Source: a virus
UHGV virus genome: UHGV-1368191
Length of the DNA stretch: 64,000 nt
Strand: one strand, 5' to 3'
In this document: positions 19,568-27,442 of the stretch, in pieces
Numbering within the stretch: the stretch's first letter is position 1
Layout: every line of letters starts with the position of its first letter
Translations under genes and position numbers: made by a program
Notes under the pieces: generated by a model
The model's input: only the letters and a program-made list of their open reading frames with translations
Database searches by the model: none
What the model was told of the DNA's origin: nothing

Positions 19568-19637
19568 CTTATTTAGTTACGGAGGTAGGAATCGAACCTA
19601 CAGAGACTGGCTTATGAGACCAGTTTGAATACCAATT
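19568..19637 (-). tRNA. trnM(cau): tRNA with CAU anticodon (Met, initiator or Ile2-lysidine type) with a compact D-arm
   Basis: Minus-strand cloverleaf: anticodon stem CTGGT/GCCAG, loop CTCATAA, T-arm GTAGG-TTCGATT-CCTAC. Acceptor has a C1xA72 mismatch, as in bacterial initiator tRNA. Confidence 0.55.
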
Positions 19638-19643
19638 CTCCCC

Positions 19644-19715
19644 GTGATATTGAGTGGGATAGCAGATTTGAACTGCCCACCTCAGCTTGGAAGGCTGATA
19701 TGTTACCGCTAACAC
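19644..19715 (-). tRNA. trnG(ucc): tRNA-Gly (UCC)
   Basis: Clean 72-nt cloverleaf: acceptor GTGGGAT/ATCCCAC, D-arm GTGT-TAGCGGTA-ACAT, anticodon arm TCAGC-CTTCCAA-GCTGA, T-arm GGCAG-TTCAAAT-CTGCT. Confidence 0.8.
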
Positions 19716-19932
19716 CAATCCCACAAAAGGCCAAAGATTTGATTCTGGTACTTTGGCATTGCAAGGTTAACCTTAACTTGCACCCCTAATCACCTACATC
19801 CACTGAGCATAGATCTGCTCAAGCTTTTTAATTACGCAGGTCAGCTCCTACTGGATTTACCTAGTAGCATTAGGTGTTACTCTCCCACTGTAGGTAAGAC
19901 AGCCTTTAGTAACTGGGTTTCCTGCATCTTTC

Positions 19933-20004
19933 TACCTCTAGAGCTTCTGGAAGGACTTGAACCCTCAACTCCCTGATTACAAAACAAGTGTTCTACCATT
20001 GAAC
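19933..20004 (-). tRNA. trnT(ugu): tRNA, probably Thr (UGU)
   Basis: Acceptor GCTTCTG/CAGAAGC, D-arm TAGTTCAATGGTAGAACA, T-arm GAGGG-TTCAAGT-CCTTC. Anticodon loop TTTGTAA with one mismatch in the stem. Confidence 0.6.
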
Positions 20005-20009
20005 TACAG

Positions 20010-20093
20010 AAGCTTCAGTACCCCTGACAGGACTTGAACCTGCACTCCATAAAAGGAAAGGCATTTTAAGTGCCTTGGGTCTACCAATTTCCC
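20010..20093 (-). tRNA. trnL(uaa): tRNA-Leu (UAA) with a long variable arm
   Basis: Anticodon arm AGGCA-CTTAAAA-TGCCT, long variable arm, T-arm GCAGG-TTCAAGT-CCTGT, acceptor GCCCCTG/CAGGGGT. Confidence 0.7.
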
Positions 20094-20102
20094 CACAGGG
20101 GC

Positions 20103-20603
20103 TTATCCTTCCCCTTTAAATTCTTGGTCTGTAAGGGAGAATAAATACACATATTTATTAATATTATGTATAAAAGTCTCACATTCTGACCTAATGCCAG
20201 AGAAGATTGTATCTTGTGGAAGCCCACTATAAAAATTAAGTGTAGCTGTCCTTACTTCCCTTATAAACTCTTTAGGAGTATTTGATATACTGGATATACC
20301 AATTATGGCATTAGGCAACATTCTGCCATATATACCCATCTCCTCTTCAGCAAGACCATCTTGATAGTCAGCCAGTACCTCAAGAAAGTCATCCAAATAA
20401 GTATGGATATTCTTCCTGTGGGATGCCCAATGAAGATTTTTGCATTTAGTTTTCCAACCTTCAATCCTATTAATGAAGTCTATCAGTTTACTTGATATAG
20501 AAGGGGTGGTAACCTCTTCTTTCTCCTTTGGGAGATCAGCTATATCATCAAAGAGACCAGGGTCTATAAATAATCTTTCCATAATTAAATATTGATGTTG
20601 CAA
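20103..20603 (-). CDS. hypothetical protein (166 aa)
   Basis: ORF track. Confidence 0.5.
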   Translation of the reverse strand: MQHQYLIMERLFIDPGLFDDIADLPKEKEEVTTPSISSKLIDFINRIEGWKTKCKNLHWASHRKNIHTYLDDFLEVLADYQDGLAEEEMGIYGRMLPNAIIGISSISNTPKEFIREVRTATLNFYSGLPQDTIFSGIRSECETFIHNINKYVYLFSLTDQEFKGEG

Positions 20604-20650
20604 AGATAAGTAAAATATTTGAAATATGCAAGTATTTTACAATATTTAAC

Positions 20651-20875
20651 TTATTCAGCTATATTCATAAGTAGCAATACCATAGCTATTATATTAAGAG
20701 CCAGGCTGCCATAGTTACATATATTTAGCCCTAACTTGTTACCTTCTACATCTTTTCTCTCTTCAGGACAGTCCTCATTCTCAATAGTCATCTTCAATCC
20801 TATTGAGGTAACTACCATTCTGACTCCCATTAAGAGAGTGCTTATCAGTAAGCAAAATAATGCGAAATCTACCAT
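20651..20875 (-). CDS. small two-TM membrane protein (holin candidate) immediately downstream of the endolysin gene
   Basis: TM helices FALFCLLISTLLMGVRMVV and LALNIIAMVLLLMNIA. 74 aa. Confidence 0.4.
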   Translation of the reverse strand: MVDFALFCLLISTLLMGVRMVVTSIGLKMTIENEDCPEERKDVEGNKLGLNICNYGSLALNIIAMVLLLMNIAE

Positions 20876-20887
20876 ATTATTTAAATT

Positions 20888-21517
20888 TTACAAGTTTGAA
20901 TATTCAGTTTTTGCGTCAAATGAAGGACAGGCTTTAGATGAAAAATCTCTATGCCCATATATCTTGGCTTTAGGGTATTTTCTTTTCAAATCCTTAAGGA
21001 TATCTAATAGAGCACCTTTTTGTCTTAAAGTCCTGGTATCTTTAGGTGTTCTTCCATCCTTAGCAACACCCCCTATATAACAGACCCCTATTGAATTTGA
21101 ATTATGTCCTTCACAGTGTGCACCTATAGTATCCTCATTTCTTCCTTCATGGATAGAGCCATCTAATTCTATAATATAGTGATAACCTATATCCTTCCAA
21201 TGATTATCCTCTATATGCCACTTTCTAATAGTTTCAGTCTTTATATCCTTTCCCTCAGGAGTAGCTGAGCAATGTACTATTATCTCATTAATAACCCTAG
21301 AACAAATACCCAATTTAGACCAGGTATTCTTCCCTACTATACCATCAACTGTGAGTCCATTAGACTTTTGAAAATCCTTAACAGAAGTCTCAGTGGTAAC
21401 CCCAAAGATACCATCAGGGGTTATTCCTAATCTATTCTGTAGTGCCTTTACAGCACTTCCTTTACTTCCTCTTCTTAATGTTTCCATACCAATAATAAAA
21501 GTTCCCCATTCAAGCAT
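20888..21517 (-). CDS. endolysin with an N-terminal peptidoglycan-binding domain and an N-acetylmuramoyl-L-alanine amidase (Amidase_2/PGRP) domain
   Basis: AVKALQNRLGITPDGIFGVTTETSVKDFQKSNGLTVDGIVGKNTW (PG_binding_1 pattern). IIVHCSATPEG...GYHYIIELDGSIHEGR...AHCEGHNSNSIGVCYIGG (T7-lysozyme-like amidase_2). Confidence 0.8.
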   Translation of the reverse strand: MLEWGTFIIGMETLRRGSKGSAVKALQNRLGITPDGIFGVTTETSVKDFQKSNGLTVDGIVGKNTWSKLGICSRVINEIIVHCSATPEGKDIKTETIRKWHIEDNHWKDIGYHYIIELDGSIHEGRNEDTIGAHCEGHNSNSIGVCYIGGVAKDGRTPKDTRTLRQKGALLDILKDLKRKYPKAKIYGHRDFSSKACPSFDAKTEYSNL

Positions 21518-21637
21518 AAGGAATTACTCCTAATAAGGAATAATTCCCGAAGGGTATAACTTAGAATACTGTATCAAATACCATTTAATACCCTTCTTCA
21601 TCAATTTAAGGAACTTTTTCATAATAATTACTTTTAG

Positions 21638-22225
21638 TTATATTAGTAATTTAGCTTGAGATACTTCCATCTGTACTTGTGAGAGAGTCCCTGGAACAGT
21701 AAATATCTGCATAGGATACCCCTGTCCATATGTAAGATTTATATAACAGGATCCCCCATTCACAGATACAAAATCTCCTAAAGCATCAGCACCATTATCT
21801 AGTTGTACAGTAGTTTGAGGACTTTTAAATCCATATTCCTCACCTCCGTATACTCCTCGTACTACGACAGTATGTTGACCTCTAGTAGTATTCTCATGTA
21901 TACCTACACCATATGAACTTACATAAGTATAAGCTCCTGTAACTGGTCCTGAAGACTGGGCACTACTTACAGCTGCTACCTGTACATAGGAAAAATCCTG
22001 TGGAAGAGTATAGGTAACCATAATAAACCATCTTAATTCCGAAGGTTTATCATAACTTAACTCACTTTCCTCCACCAATTGGGTATTTTGATGTGTACCA
22101 CTAATAGTAAGCCCCTCTATACTTTTACTCATGATATCACCATATGGAGGGCACCTAGATTCTTGAACACCAAATGTACTCTCAGTCAGGGTCTGTATAT
22201 AATCCCACGTAGCTATCTTTCCCAT
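21638..22225 (-). CDS. hypothetical protein (195 aa)
   Basis: ORF track. Confidence 0.5.
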   Translation of the reverse strand: MGKIATWDYIQTLTESTFGVQESRCPPYGDIMSKSIEGLTISGTHQNTQLVEESELSYDKPSELRWFIMVTYTLPQDFSYVQVAAVSSAQSSGPVTGAYTYVSSYGVGIHENTTRGQHTVVVRGVYGGEEYGFKSPQTTVQLDNGADALGDFVSVNGGSCYINLTYGQGYPMQIFTVPGTLSQVQMEVSQAKLLI

Positions 22226-22253
22226 TTAGTTTAATTATAGTTTAATTAAAAGA

Positions 22254-22520
22254 CTATTTGTTACTATCCTTAGATTTCTCATATTTTTCTGACCAAGCCT
22301 TAGTTATACCCGCTGAAGCAAATATACCAGCTACTGATGCTATATATGCTGCAAGGCCATTAAGATCAGTCTGTATAGTGTGATTATAACACACTTCAAT
22401 TAATAGTAAAGCTACAGGAACAAGCAACAGCAAACATCCTATCAAAGTAACAGCTACCAAGAAGAAATTCTTTGAGCTTACCCCTGTATTATTATTTACT
22501 AATTTACCTATGTAATTCAT
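22254..22520 (-). CDS. small two-TM membrane protein (second holin or antiholin candidate)
   Basis: FFLVAVTLIGCLLLLVPVALLLI and LAAYIASVAGIFASAGI. Confidence 0.4.
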   Translation of the reverse strand: MNYIGKLVNNNTGVSSKNFFLVAVTLIGCLLLLVPVALLLIEVCYNHTIQTDLNGLAAYIASVAGIFASAGITKAWSEKYEKSKDSNK

Positions 22521-22537
22521 AAGATATTATTTAAAGT

Positions 22538-22608
22538 ACCCCCTAAAGGGCTTGAACCTTTATCCTATAGTTTAAAAACTATTGCTCTATCCATTGAGCT
22601 AAGGGGGA
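22538..22608 (-). tRNA. tRNA-like gene with a non-canonical 16-nt anticodon arm (U/A-rich loop). Possible suppressor or unusual tRNA.
   Basis: Acceptor TCCCCCT/AGGGGGT, D-arm GCTC-AATGGATA-GAGC and T-arm AAAGG-TTCAAGC-CCTTT are good. The anticodon arm ATAGT-TTTTAA-ACTAT has only a 6-nt loop, or alternatively a 4-bp stem with an 8-nt loop. Confidence 0.5.
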
Positions 22609-22651
22609 GGAAAAATTTAGTAGTAAAACCACTAAACTTTACAATATAAGA

Positions 22652-23776
22652 TCATGCCCTGAATAACAGTTTATTGAAACTAATACTTACAGAACCACTA
22701 CTTGGGGATACCTCAATAGGAGTATCCAATTCCCATTCCCATGTTTCCTTCAAGTCACCTACTGGACTGGTGTCAGTAATCTCATGAGTAGTTCCATTAA
22801 AAAGCATCTCTATATCCACTGTATTACAGTATGTAGCACCGCTAAAATTAAAGCGTATCTTAGTTATTGTATCATCAGAGCCTATACTTCCAGTGCGCCA
22901 TTGAATATCATCATCCAATGTTAAAATACCAGAACAGCTAACCAATGGATATTCTCTTTCTCCAACAAGAGATACAGTGCATGAGGTACTACCTGGAGAG
23001 GGACTTCCATCTTGAGCTGATATATTCACGCTTCCACTCGTTGTATAAGGAATATAAACAGCTCCACTACCATTAGCTCCCCAGTAGAAACATATAGGAA
23101 TACTTCTTCCATATATATTTATACTATTATAGGCTGAAAACACTTTATTTCCCCAATTAGATGAACTAGTGGGATTAGCTGGCCAATTAGTAGTTCCTTT
23201 ATCACTTGGGGATGGAAAATAAGAATGGTTTATTAATGTTTTACCATCTATACTCATTCCAGCTGTACGAGTGAATACAGGTACAGCTGAACCACGACTA
23301 GACCACCTACCTGTAGTTTCCACTTGTTTACCCGTAGTATCATCTTCTCCATTCCTGAACCCAAACAATATTGATGCATCAGAAGTGAATGGAGGTGTAT
23401 CTGAGGATGCCAGAAAATTAGGTACCATTATATATATAGTCCCTATATCTGAGGGAATATCTATTTTATTCTTGCCAGAATTTGATGTGTCAAGCACTAT
23501 GGAAGAAATTAACTCAGTCTTACTTTCATCCCCATATAACTCTATTGTAAACGCATGCTGTTCTATATTCTTGGTACCAAGTATGAATTGCCATTTTTCA
23601 GATGACTCTACACTCCATACCAATCTCTTCTTATCAGTATCAACAGGAGACCAGCCAGTAGCTCCCTTTCCTTCAGCATACTCTATGGTTGAGAGCTTAT
23701 TGGGTTCAGATTCAGTCCCTTCTGTACCTAGCTGATCCAGAACTTCCTGCCTAGTCAAAATCTTATTATTCGGCAT
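22652..23776 (-). CDS. hypothetical protein (374 aa), probably structural
   Basis: ORF track. Ser/Thr/Gly-rich. Confidence 0.5.
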   Translation of the reverse strand: MPNNKILTRQEVLDQLGTEGTESEPNKLSTIEYAEGKGATGWSPVDTDKKRLVWSVESSEKWQFILGTKNIEQHAFTIELYGDESKTELISSIVLDTSNSGKNKIDIPSDIGTIYIMVPNFLASSDTPPFTSDASILFGFRNGEDDTTGKQVETTGRWSSRGSAVPVFTRTAGMSIDGKTLINHSYFPSPSDKGTTNWPANPTSSSNWGNKVFSAYNSINIYGRSIPICFYWGANGSGAVYIPYTTSGSVNISAQDGSPSPGSTSCTVSLVGEREYPLVSCSGILTLDDDIQWRTGSIGSDDTITKIRFNFSGATYCNTVDIEMLFNGTTHEITDTSPVGDLKETWEWELDTPIEVSPSSGSVSISFNKLLFRA

Positions 23777-23781
23777 TTTTC

Positions 23782-24183
23782 CTACCTTTTTAAATCCATT
23801 AATCTATCAGCCCAGCTCTCTGTATAAAAATGATAGTAATTCTTATCACTGCATATATACTTATGCAACCATGCATGTACTATTGAGGGAATACCTATCA
23901 CTATAAGATATAAAGGACCAAGTATCTTACTCTGCTTTACATGTCCACATTCATGTTTAATTACCTTATACTTATTAGTATAATCTTGGCATATGAATAT
24001 ATACTTTCCAAGGGTGACTCCTCCTTTAGTCCTTTGAAGAAATACTCTAGCCCCTACAGATTCTGAATCACTGTTACTTACTTCAGTAATCCTGTTATCC
24101 TCTGACATATTCTTCCAAAGTAATCCACACAGATTCTGTGGTAACTGCCATACCCAATCCTTGATAAACTCTCTTAACTTCAT
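23782..24183 (-). CDS. putative HExxH zinc metallopeptidase-like protein with a TM segment
   Basis: KHECGHVKQ (HExxH motif) followed by hydrophobic LGPLYLIVIGIPSIVHAWLH. Confidence 0.4.
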   Translation of the reverse strand: MKLREFIKDWVWQLPQNLCGLLWKNMSEDNRITEVSNSDSESVGARVFLQRTKGGVTLGKYIFICQDYTNKYKVIKHECGHVKQSKILGPLYLIVIGIPSIVHAWLHKYICSDKNYYHFYTESWADRLMDLKR

Positions 24184-24187
24184 ACTA

Positions 24188-24439
24188 TTATATCTTTAAT
24201 TTAGGTTTCCCCATTACCTTTAATCTCATATATGACGGAGTATAATCTCCATAAACCTCATCAAAAGCCTTTTTATATCCAACTTTCTTAGAGAGTTCTT
24301 TCCTCCGTCTTTCTTTAGACCTCTTCCACTTCTTATATCTAGTGGTAGTCTTAAATTGTTCAGCCATCTCAAAATCATCTACTGTATAGCACCTAGATGA
24401 AATACCAGCTAAAGCAAACTTTCTTTTCAATCTGTTCAT
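24188..24439 (-). CDS. small basic protein (83 aa). First gene of the leftward operon.
   Basis: ORF track. K/R-rich. Confidence 0.4.
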   Translation of the reverse strand: MNRLKRKFALAGISSRCYTVDDFEMAEQFKTTTRYKKWKRSKERRRKELSKKVGYKKAFDEVYGDYTPSYMRLKVMGKPKLKI

Positions 24440-24982
24440 AATAATCCCTTAGAGTTGACAAATCCAAGTTATGTATTCCTTGAATCTTTAACATATGGAA
24501 TTATTCTATGGCGGTTATATTCTTCCCTAAAGTCCTTTTACCCTCAACCTTTTCTCATGCTACTTGGTAGGACACACAGCATTTTTCCATAAGTCATTTT
24601 TTGTCTTCATGGAGGATTAACCTCGGTACTATATGTACTTACACCCCTCTTTGACCATCCCTCTTTAGTAATTAGCTGATTGAATGGTGGGCCATCCCTG
24701 GCAATAGATGTAGCAAATCTATTAAGACGGTGCAAATATACTAAAAAAATTTGAAACTACCAAATTATTTAAGAAAGTTTAACTTTATGTTACCAATATA
24801 GTACTTTCTTTAAGAAGTTTTAATAGATAGATAACCTTAATTCTTTTTCTTTTAATTTTTTTTTTGATTTTTCTTTTATTTCTATGAGGGGATAATAGTC
24901 ACCCAATACCCTCCCCTGCCTTCGGCATTGGGGTTTCTACCCCCTTGCGTTTCCTTATTATTAACCTTTAAAACTTAGCAAG
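24440..24982. promoter_or_regulatory. divergent intergenic region between the leftward late operon and the rightward replication module. Candidate divergent promoters and/or origin.
   Basis: 543 bp without ORFs. Long A/T tracts (ttttcttttaattttttttttgatttttcttttattt) followed by a GC-rich structured segment (cccaatac...ctgccttcggcattgggg, ggggtttctaccccc). Confidence 0.35.
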
Positions 24983-25252
24983 ATGAGTACATTCAATTGC
25001 AAAAATCGGATGGCAGCTGCAGCCTTGAAGCAGCAAATGGGGGACAAGATCAGATTCATTAAGAACCCCAAGAAGAATAATCAAATATTCTTCACTTGCG
25101 GTTCTGTGACTGGCGCAGTCAGCAAGAAGGTGGACATCAACACAGTCCAACTTGAGGAGCTGGACTATGCTGAGGTGTTCATTGATGCTGTGGGGCAGTA
25201 CATACCCTGCCTGTTTATGCACAGCACAACCAACGAAGTGAGGGCGCTCTAG
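24983..25252 (+). CDS. hypothetical protein (89 aa) in an atypically GC-rich segment
   Basis: Plus ORF with mammal-like or high-GC codon choices (CTG, AAG, CAG, GGC). It was preferred over the overlapping minus ORF 24968-25222, which is C/H/L-rich. Confidence 0.4.
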   Translation: MSTFNCKNRMAAAALKQQMGDKIRFIKNPKKNNQIFFTCGSVTGAVSKKVDINTVQLEELDYAEVFIDAVGQYIPCLFMHSTTNEVRAL

Positions 25253-25291
25253 CCCTCACTTCTTCTCTATCTTTCATTAAGATAGTACCAA

Positions 25292-25399
25292 AATAACTCT
25301 TTTTACTGCCAATATTCTTTTCACTATATCCCAATGATAGTGTATTAGCAAAGAATAGTAACTAATATTATAAGATATTGGCAGTTAAAAAGAGTTAAC
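25292..25399. repeat. 22-24-bp inverted-repeat pair flanking about 60 bp
   Basis: aataactctttttactgccaatat (25292-25315) versus atattggcagttaaaaagagttaac (25375-25399). Reverse complements match with one indel. Confidence 0.6.
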
Positions 25400-25511
25400 T
25401 TCTCTACTTCTAACAATCTAAAACAACAATCTAAAGCGTTTTAGCTATGAGAGAAATAAGAAATAAATATGTAGTGACATACCATCATATTAATGGTGTG
25501 TCACATTATGT

Positions 25512-25781
25512 ATGCACAAGAACCAAGAGAAGTATAAGGAAATTTGCTTGGAAAACCTTGTTCAAGAGAATAAGGAATTTCAAGAGGTTAGAGTACTTTA
25601 CTATAAAAAGGATAGACCTATGAAAGACGAAGATAGTGGCTTTAAAGCCTTCATAATCCTAACAGCGTTAGCTGTAGGGATAATAATCTTTATTATTCAC
25701 TTGTCCTTCAATATATCCAGGAAAAGTGACTATCCTGTAAGAGAAGCTATAACAGAAACAATTGGCGACTATGAAGACTGA
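25512..25781 (+). CDS. small membrane protein (89 aa)
   Basis: TM helix FKAFIILTALAVGIIIFIIHL. Confidence 0.35.
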   Translation: MHKNQEKYKEICLENLVQENKEFQEVRVLYYKKDRPMKDEDSGFKAFIILTALAVGIIIFIIHLSFNISRKSDYPVREAITETIGDYED

Positions 25782-26114
25782 CAAACCTATTTTCATTGAG
25801 AAAGTAGCTACTTGCTTCTTTAATAAGGGCAAAGTTGAGCTATATACTTTTTCTGTCAAATCATTGAAGAGGTAATCTTAATCCTTTGATATATGGCTCG
25901 GAAATATACATACCATAGGGAAAACTGCAACACTCTTGTAAGAGAGGTTATAGTAGACATCTGGGGAAGAACAATAGTAATCTCTGGTACACATGCCTTT
26001 GAGTATAGTATAACTGTAATATCTATCACAGGTAGAGCAGTCACTACAACATACAAGAATGGCAGGGAAGCAAGAAAAGAATTCCAAAAATATAAAAGGA
26101 GAAAAAGATAAACT

Positions 26115-26339
26115 ATGGCAAAGATAATAGCGAAAACAATATTATTGTGGGTCACAGCACTGGTAGTGCTTTTGACAATACTTGGGTTGCCCTCAGTCTT
26201 TGAGCATCCTGTAACCCTTCTTCTTTGTGGGTTAAGCTCAATCATCCTTGTATCATTGTGCAGGGAATACATAAGTGTGAGGGAGTTATACATTCTCTCA
26301 GGAACCAAATTTCTTGAAGACATTTGGGGAAGAGAGTAA
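26115..26339 (+). CDS. small two-TM membrane protein (74 aa)
   Basis: ILLWVTALVVLLTILGL and LLLCGLSSIILVSL. Confidence 0.35.
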   Translation: MAKIIAKTILLWVTALVVLLTILGLPSVFEHPVTLLLCGLSSIILVSLCREYISVRELYILSGTKFLEDIWGRE

Positions 26340-26445
26340 CTTTCACATATAGACGCTTGTTTTAATTGTTTTCACTACTGCTGGTCTGTGAAGATAGGCA
26401 GTAGTACTTTTAAGTACATTAATCTAAAAAATATTATAAAGAATT

Positions 26446-26760
26446 ATGACAAATAGCACATTTGTAAATCTTACACCGCATACAATAACTTTGAATAATG
26501 GTGTGAGTTACCCTTCACAGGGTATAGCAAGAGTTAGTAACTATTTTACTGACTTTGACATTAATAATATATGCACAGTAGTATATGGGGATGTCACAGG
26601 ACTTCCTGATCCTAAACCTAATACTGTGTATATAGTGTCTGCCCTTGTCCTTGCTGCACTTAAGGGTAAGCGTGATGATGTGGTTGCACCAGCTACAGGA
26701 CATCCTGATTGTGTAAGGAAGGATGGATTTATAGTGAGTGTACCTGGGTTTGTGAAGTAA
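26446..26760 (+). CDS. hypothetical protein (104 aa)
   Basis: ORF track. Confidence 0.4.
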   Translation: MTNSTFVNLTPHTITLNNGVSYPSQGIARVSNYFTDFDINNICTVVYGDVTGLPDPKPNTVYIVSALVLAALKGKRDDVVAPATGHPDCVRKDGFIVSVPGFVK

Positions 26761-26974
26761 CTTTCATAATAACTCTTAAACTACAATAATATGGATAAGT
26801 GTTATTATTGCAAATACTATTCAGTTCACTCAAGTAAAGCTTCTTCATGTGATTGTCCTTCATCCATAAAAGAAAAGGAATGTCAGAAGGCTGTCAATAG
26901 AAGGAGTATATTTGAAAAAGAGTAATTTGACTGTCTTTTAAACAGTAATTTAGTTTCAATAGCCATGTTGTTGT

Positions 26975-27010
26975 AGGTTGCAGGTTTGTGAAAATATGCA
27001 ACCTTTTTTA
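26975..27010 (+). terminator. hairpin plus T-run (plus strand) ahead of tRNA-Arg
   Basis: Stem aggttgca/tgcaacct with a 14-nt loop, followed by tttttt. Confidence 0.4.
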
Positions 27011-27012
27011 AT

Positions 27013-27084
27013 GTCTCCATAGTTCAATGGACAGAACAAAGGTCTTCTAAACCTTAAATGTGAGTTCGATTCTCACTGGAGATA
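27013..27084 (+). tRNA. trnR(ucu): tRNA-Arg (UCU)
   Basis: Acceptor GTCTCCA/TGGAGAT, D-arm GTTC-AATGGACA-GAAC, anticodon arm AAGGT-CTTCTAA-ACCTT, T-arm GTGAG-TTCGATT-CTCAC. Confidence 0.75.
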
Positions 27085-27113
27085 CAATAAGCAAACTAAC
27101 ATCGGATTAACCA

Positions 27114-27422
27114 ATGAGTACACGTAGAAAATGGACTGATGATGAAGAGAAAGTAGTCATCAGTAAAGTGGAAGCAAGTCCCTATAACTTAGAAAAAGCA
27201 TTTAGGGAAGCTTCTTCTGTAATTGATAGAACTCCTAGTGCTGTTAGATATAAATGGCATCAAGGAGGACTAAGGGAAAAGAGTGATAAACTCTTTATGA
27301 CTTATGGGAGAAAAGGAACACTCAATAATAATAGAAAGATTGTATCAAGCACCACTTCTGACAATACTCTAAAGACAAAAAAGAGTAAGTGGAGAAGAAT
27401 ACTTGACATCCTATTTGAATAA
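27114..27422 (+). CDS. Myb/SANT-like DNA-binding protein (102 aa)
   Basis: RRKWTDDEEKVVISKVEASPYNLEKAFREASSVIDRTPSAVRYKWHQ matches the W...EE...R....QC..RW SANT/Myb repeat pattern. Confidence 0.5.
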   Translation: MSTRRKWTDDEEKVVISKVEASPYNLEKAFREASSVIDRTPSAVRYKWHQGGLREKSDKLFMTYGRKGTLNNNRKIVSSTTSDNTLKTKKSKWRRILDILFE

Positions 27423-27442
27423 ACAAAATAACAAGATAAGAC

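Noticed and set aside
19446-19628. 60-aa plus ORF overlapping the tRNA array
   Set aside because: It overlaps the tRNA-CAU and tRNA-Gly genes on the opposite strand and is almost certainly spurious.
19716-19932. Tried to call two or three more tRNAs in the spacer of the array
   Set aside because: I could not build a cloverleaf. Only hairpins were found, and it is left as an unresolved structured region.
24968-25222. Minus-strand 84-aa ORF in the GC-rich island
   Set aside because: It overlaps a more protein-like plus ORF positioned correctly after the divergent region. Its C/H/L-rich composition looks like antisense noise.
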